16,113 bases of DNA, taken from NCBI GenBank assembly GCA_031409335.1, contig JANNWY010000082.1, forward strand, positions 1 to 16,113. Direction: 5' to 3'. This DNA is from Chthoniobacteraceae bacterium. Its GTDB lineage: Bacteria > Verrucomicrobiota > Verrucomicrobiia > Chthoniobacterales > Chthoniobacteraceae. The stretch's first letter is position 1, and the number at the start of each line of letters is the position of its first letter. The position numbers were made by a program, and so were the translations under genes. Shown piece after piece: positions 14,276 through 16,113 of this stretch. Below the pieces are notes generated by a model. It saw only the letters and a list, made by a program, of their open reading frames with translations. It was not told the origin of the DNA and made no database searches.

Positions 14276-15655
14276 TCAGCTACCTTTCGTTTCAGTCGGC
14301 GCGTGCGCATTCTGGTTCCCGGAGAGGCGCAGGACTTTTTTGCGCAAGGTCACGCGATTCATCTGCGTTTCGCGCGCGAGCACGGTCGGCTTTCCGCCGA
14401 AGTGCGCGAGCAGGTGGCGCAGCGCGAGCGATTCGAGTTCGTCGTGCATTTCGCGATAGCTCGCTTTATTCGCGAGACGGGTTTGCAGCCAGGCGGCGAG
14501 CGCGGGATCGAGCGCGCCGGGTGCCGCGGGCGGGGCGTGCAGCGCGCGCGGGAGGTGTTGCGGGAGGATGAGCGGGCCGTGGCTGACGGCGACGGCGTGT
14601 TCGAGCGCGTTGCGGAGTTCGCGGACGTTGCCCGGCCAGTCGTGTTTTTGCAGGATCGCGAGGGACTCCGGCGCGAGCGCGATGCGACGATCGCCGGCGA
14701 GTGTGCCGAGAAAAAATGCGGCAAGCGCGGGAAGGTCGCCGGGGCGTTCGCGCAGGGCTGGGAGGGCGATTTCGAGGACGTGCAGGCGGTAGTAGAGATC
14801 GTCGCGGAAACGTCCCGCGCGGACTTCTTCACGGAGGTCGCGATGGGTGGCGGTGATGAGCCGCAGATCGACGCGCAAATCTTCGCGACCGCCGACGCGC
14901 GTGAAGGTGCGCTCTTCCACGAAGCGCAAAAGCTTTGCCTGAATCGCGGGCGAGATGTCCGCGATTTCATCGAGGAAAAGCGTGCCGCCATCGGCGCGTT
15001 CGAGGTGGCCGGTGCGCGCCGCGGCCGCGCCGGTGAACGCGCCTTTTTCGTGGCCAAACAATTCCGCCTCCAGCAATGCCTCCGGCAGCGCGCCGCAGTG
15101 CAGCACGATCAGCGGCCCATCGCGCCGCGTGCTCTGCGCGTGGATGATGCGGGCGGCGTGCGTCTTGCCGGTGCCGGTGGGACCGGTGAGCAGCACGGGC
15201 GCATTCGAGGCGCAGGCGTGGGCGATTTCCACAAAGCTGCGCTGCATCGAAGGCGCGGCTCCGATGAGCAGCGTGGGCGCGGGCGCACTCGTTTCCACCG
15301 GGGCGGCGCGGAGCGCTTCGCGCAGGGTGTCCTGCACTTCGGCGAGTTCGAGCGGCTTTACGAGATACGCGGCGGCGCCGAGCTTTCGGGCGGCCACGGC
15401 GTTGTCGAGATTGCCGTGGGCGGTGACGATGACGGCTGGGGTCGCGCGCGGGTGCGCCCGGATTTTTGCGAGAACGTCGAGGCCGCTCATGTCGGGCAGG
15501 CCGATGTCGATGATGACGAGCGACCACTTGGCGGCGGCGATTTCCTCGAGTCCGCGCGCGCCGCTGGAGACGGTGCGGGCTTCGTGGCCGAGCCGGCGGC
15601 AGACGGTGGCGAGCGCGGCGGCGAGGGCGGATTCGTCTTCGATGATGAGGATCAT
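14276..15655 (-). CDS. Sigma-54-dependent response regulator (NtrC family: REC-AAA+-HTH)
   Basis: REC motifs (IIEDE, IIDIGLPDMSG, VTAHG, YLVKP), Walker A GPTGTGKT, ELFGHEKGAFTGA, FLDEI, FRDDLYYRL, WPGNVRELRN, and a Fis-type HTH. Confidence 0.96.
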   Translation of the reverse strand: MILIIEDESALAAALATVCRRLGHEARTVSSGARGLEEIAAAKWSLVIIDIGLPDMSGLDVLAKIRAHPRATPAVIVTAHGNLDNAVAARKLGAAAYLVKPLELAEVQDTLREALRAAPVETSAPAPTLLIGAAPSMQRSFVEIAHACASNAPVLLTGPTGTGKTHAARIIHAQSTRRDGPLIVLHCGALPEALLEAELFGHEKGAFTGAAAARTGHLERADGGTLFLDEIADISPAIQAKLLRFVEERTFTRVGGREDLRVDLRLITATHRDLREEVRAGRFRDDLYYRLHVLEIALPALRERPGDLPALAAFFLGTLAGDRRIALAPESLAILQKHDWPGNVRELRNALEHAVAVSHGPLILPQHLPRALHAPPAAPGALDPALAAWLQTRLANKASYREMHDELESLALRHLLAHFGGKPTVLARETQMNRVTLRKKVLRLSGNQNAHAPTETKGS

Positions 15656-16113
15656 GGGATTGCGGATTGCGGATTGCGGATTGCGGATTGATCAACGGGC
15701 GGGAGCGTTAGCGTGACTCGCGCGCCTTCTTCGGCGTGGTTGGCGATTTGCAGATTGCCGCCGTGCGCTTTGGCGATTTCCGCGGCGACGTTGAGGCCGA
15801 TGCCCATGCCGCCTTCTTTTTCGGAGAAGAAAAGATCGGCGGCGTGGGCGAGCGCGGCGGCGGAGAAGCCGGGGCCGGTGTCCTCGAAGATCAAGCGTGG
15901 AGGCTGTTCGGGCGGGGCGGTGATGCGGAGTGTGCCGCCGCGCGGCATGGCTTGGATGGCGTTGATCACGATGTTTCCGATCGCTTGCGCAAAGCGGCGG
16001 GCGTCCACTTTGGCGGTGAGCGTGGCGGGGATTTCCGTCTCGATTTTCACGCCGGCGTGATCCGCCTGCGCGGAATGGGTGCGCACGATTCCGGCGACGA
16101 GCGGCGCGAGTTC
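15652..16113 (-). CDS. Sensor histidine kinase, C-terminal HATPase domain (5' partial)
   Basis: N box QAIGNIVINAIQAM, G1 EDTGPGF, F box DLFFSEK, G2 GMGIGL. The frame is open to the window end, and the stop overlaps the regulator start (ATGA). Confidence 0.93.
   Translation of the reverse strand, partial: ELAPLVAGIVRTHSAQADHAGVKIETEIPATLTAKVDARRFAQAIGNIVINAIQAMPRGGTLRITAPPEQPPRLIFEDTGPGFSAAALAHAADLFFSEKEGGMGIGLNVAAEIAKAHGGNLQIANHAEEGARVTLTLPPVDQSAIRNPQSAIP
15657..15690. repeat. Heptamer tandem repeat (GGATTGC)x4 plus GGATTG
   Basis: Directly visible perfect 7-mer repeat. It encodes QSAIRNPQSAI at the kinase C-terminus. Confidence 0.95.

Noticed and set aside
14303..15716. 462-aa and 253-aa plus-strand ORFs opposite the response regulator
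   Set aside because: Antisense shadows of a conserved NtrC-family gene, with no recognisable domain.

Overview
This is a high-GC bacterial window. Gene content (GH75 lipoprotein, TMEM14, bS22-like protein) and repeat types ((AATCCGC)n heptamers, CACAGGC/GCCTGTG REP palindromes) suggest a PVC-superphylum organism, probably Verrucomicrobiota; this is inference. In order it holds: the 3' end and right IR of an IS1-family element; a divergent nucleotidyltransferase-fold gene coupled to a 72-aa basic ORF (candidate toxin-antitoxin or defence pair); an SDR; TMEM14; a GH75 chitosanase-like lipoprotein convergent with an Amidase_2 lipoprotein; a translationally coupled leuA / ABC ATPase / permease operon preceded by an unannotated Leu-containing leader peptide and attenuator-like structure; a cold-shock/DUF1294 protein; a bS22-like protein; a TPR protein; a REP doublet nested in MITE-like ends; an FAD oxidoreductase / DUF4174 / DoxX block; and an NtrC-family regulator whose sensor kinase ends in a heptamer tandem repeat at the gene junction. 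The most notable observations are the leuA attenuator, the NTase plus small-ORF module, the repeat at the kinase-regulator junction, and an in-frame stop inside the apparent DUF4174 signal peptide.
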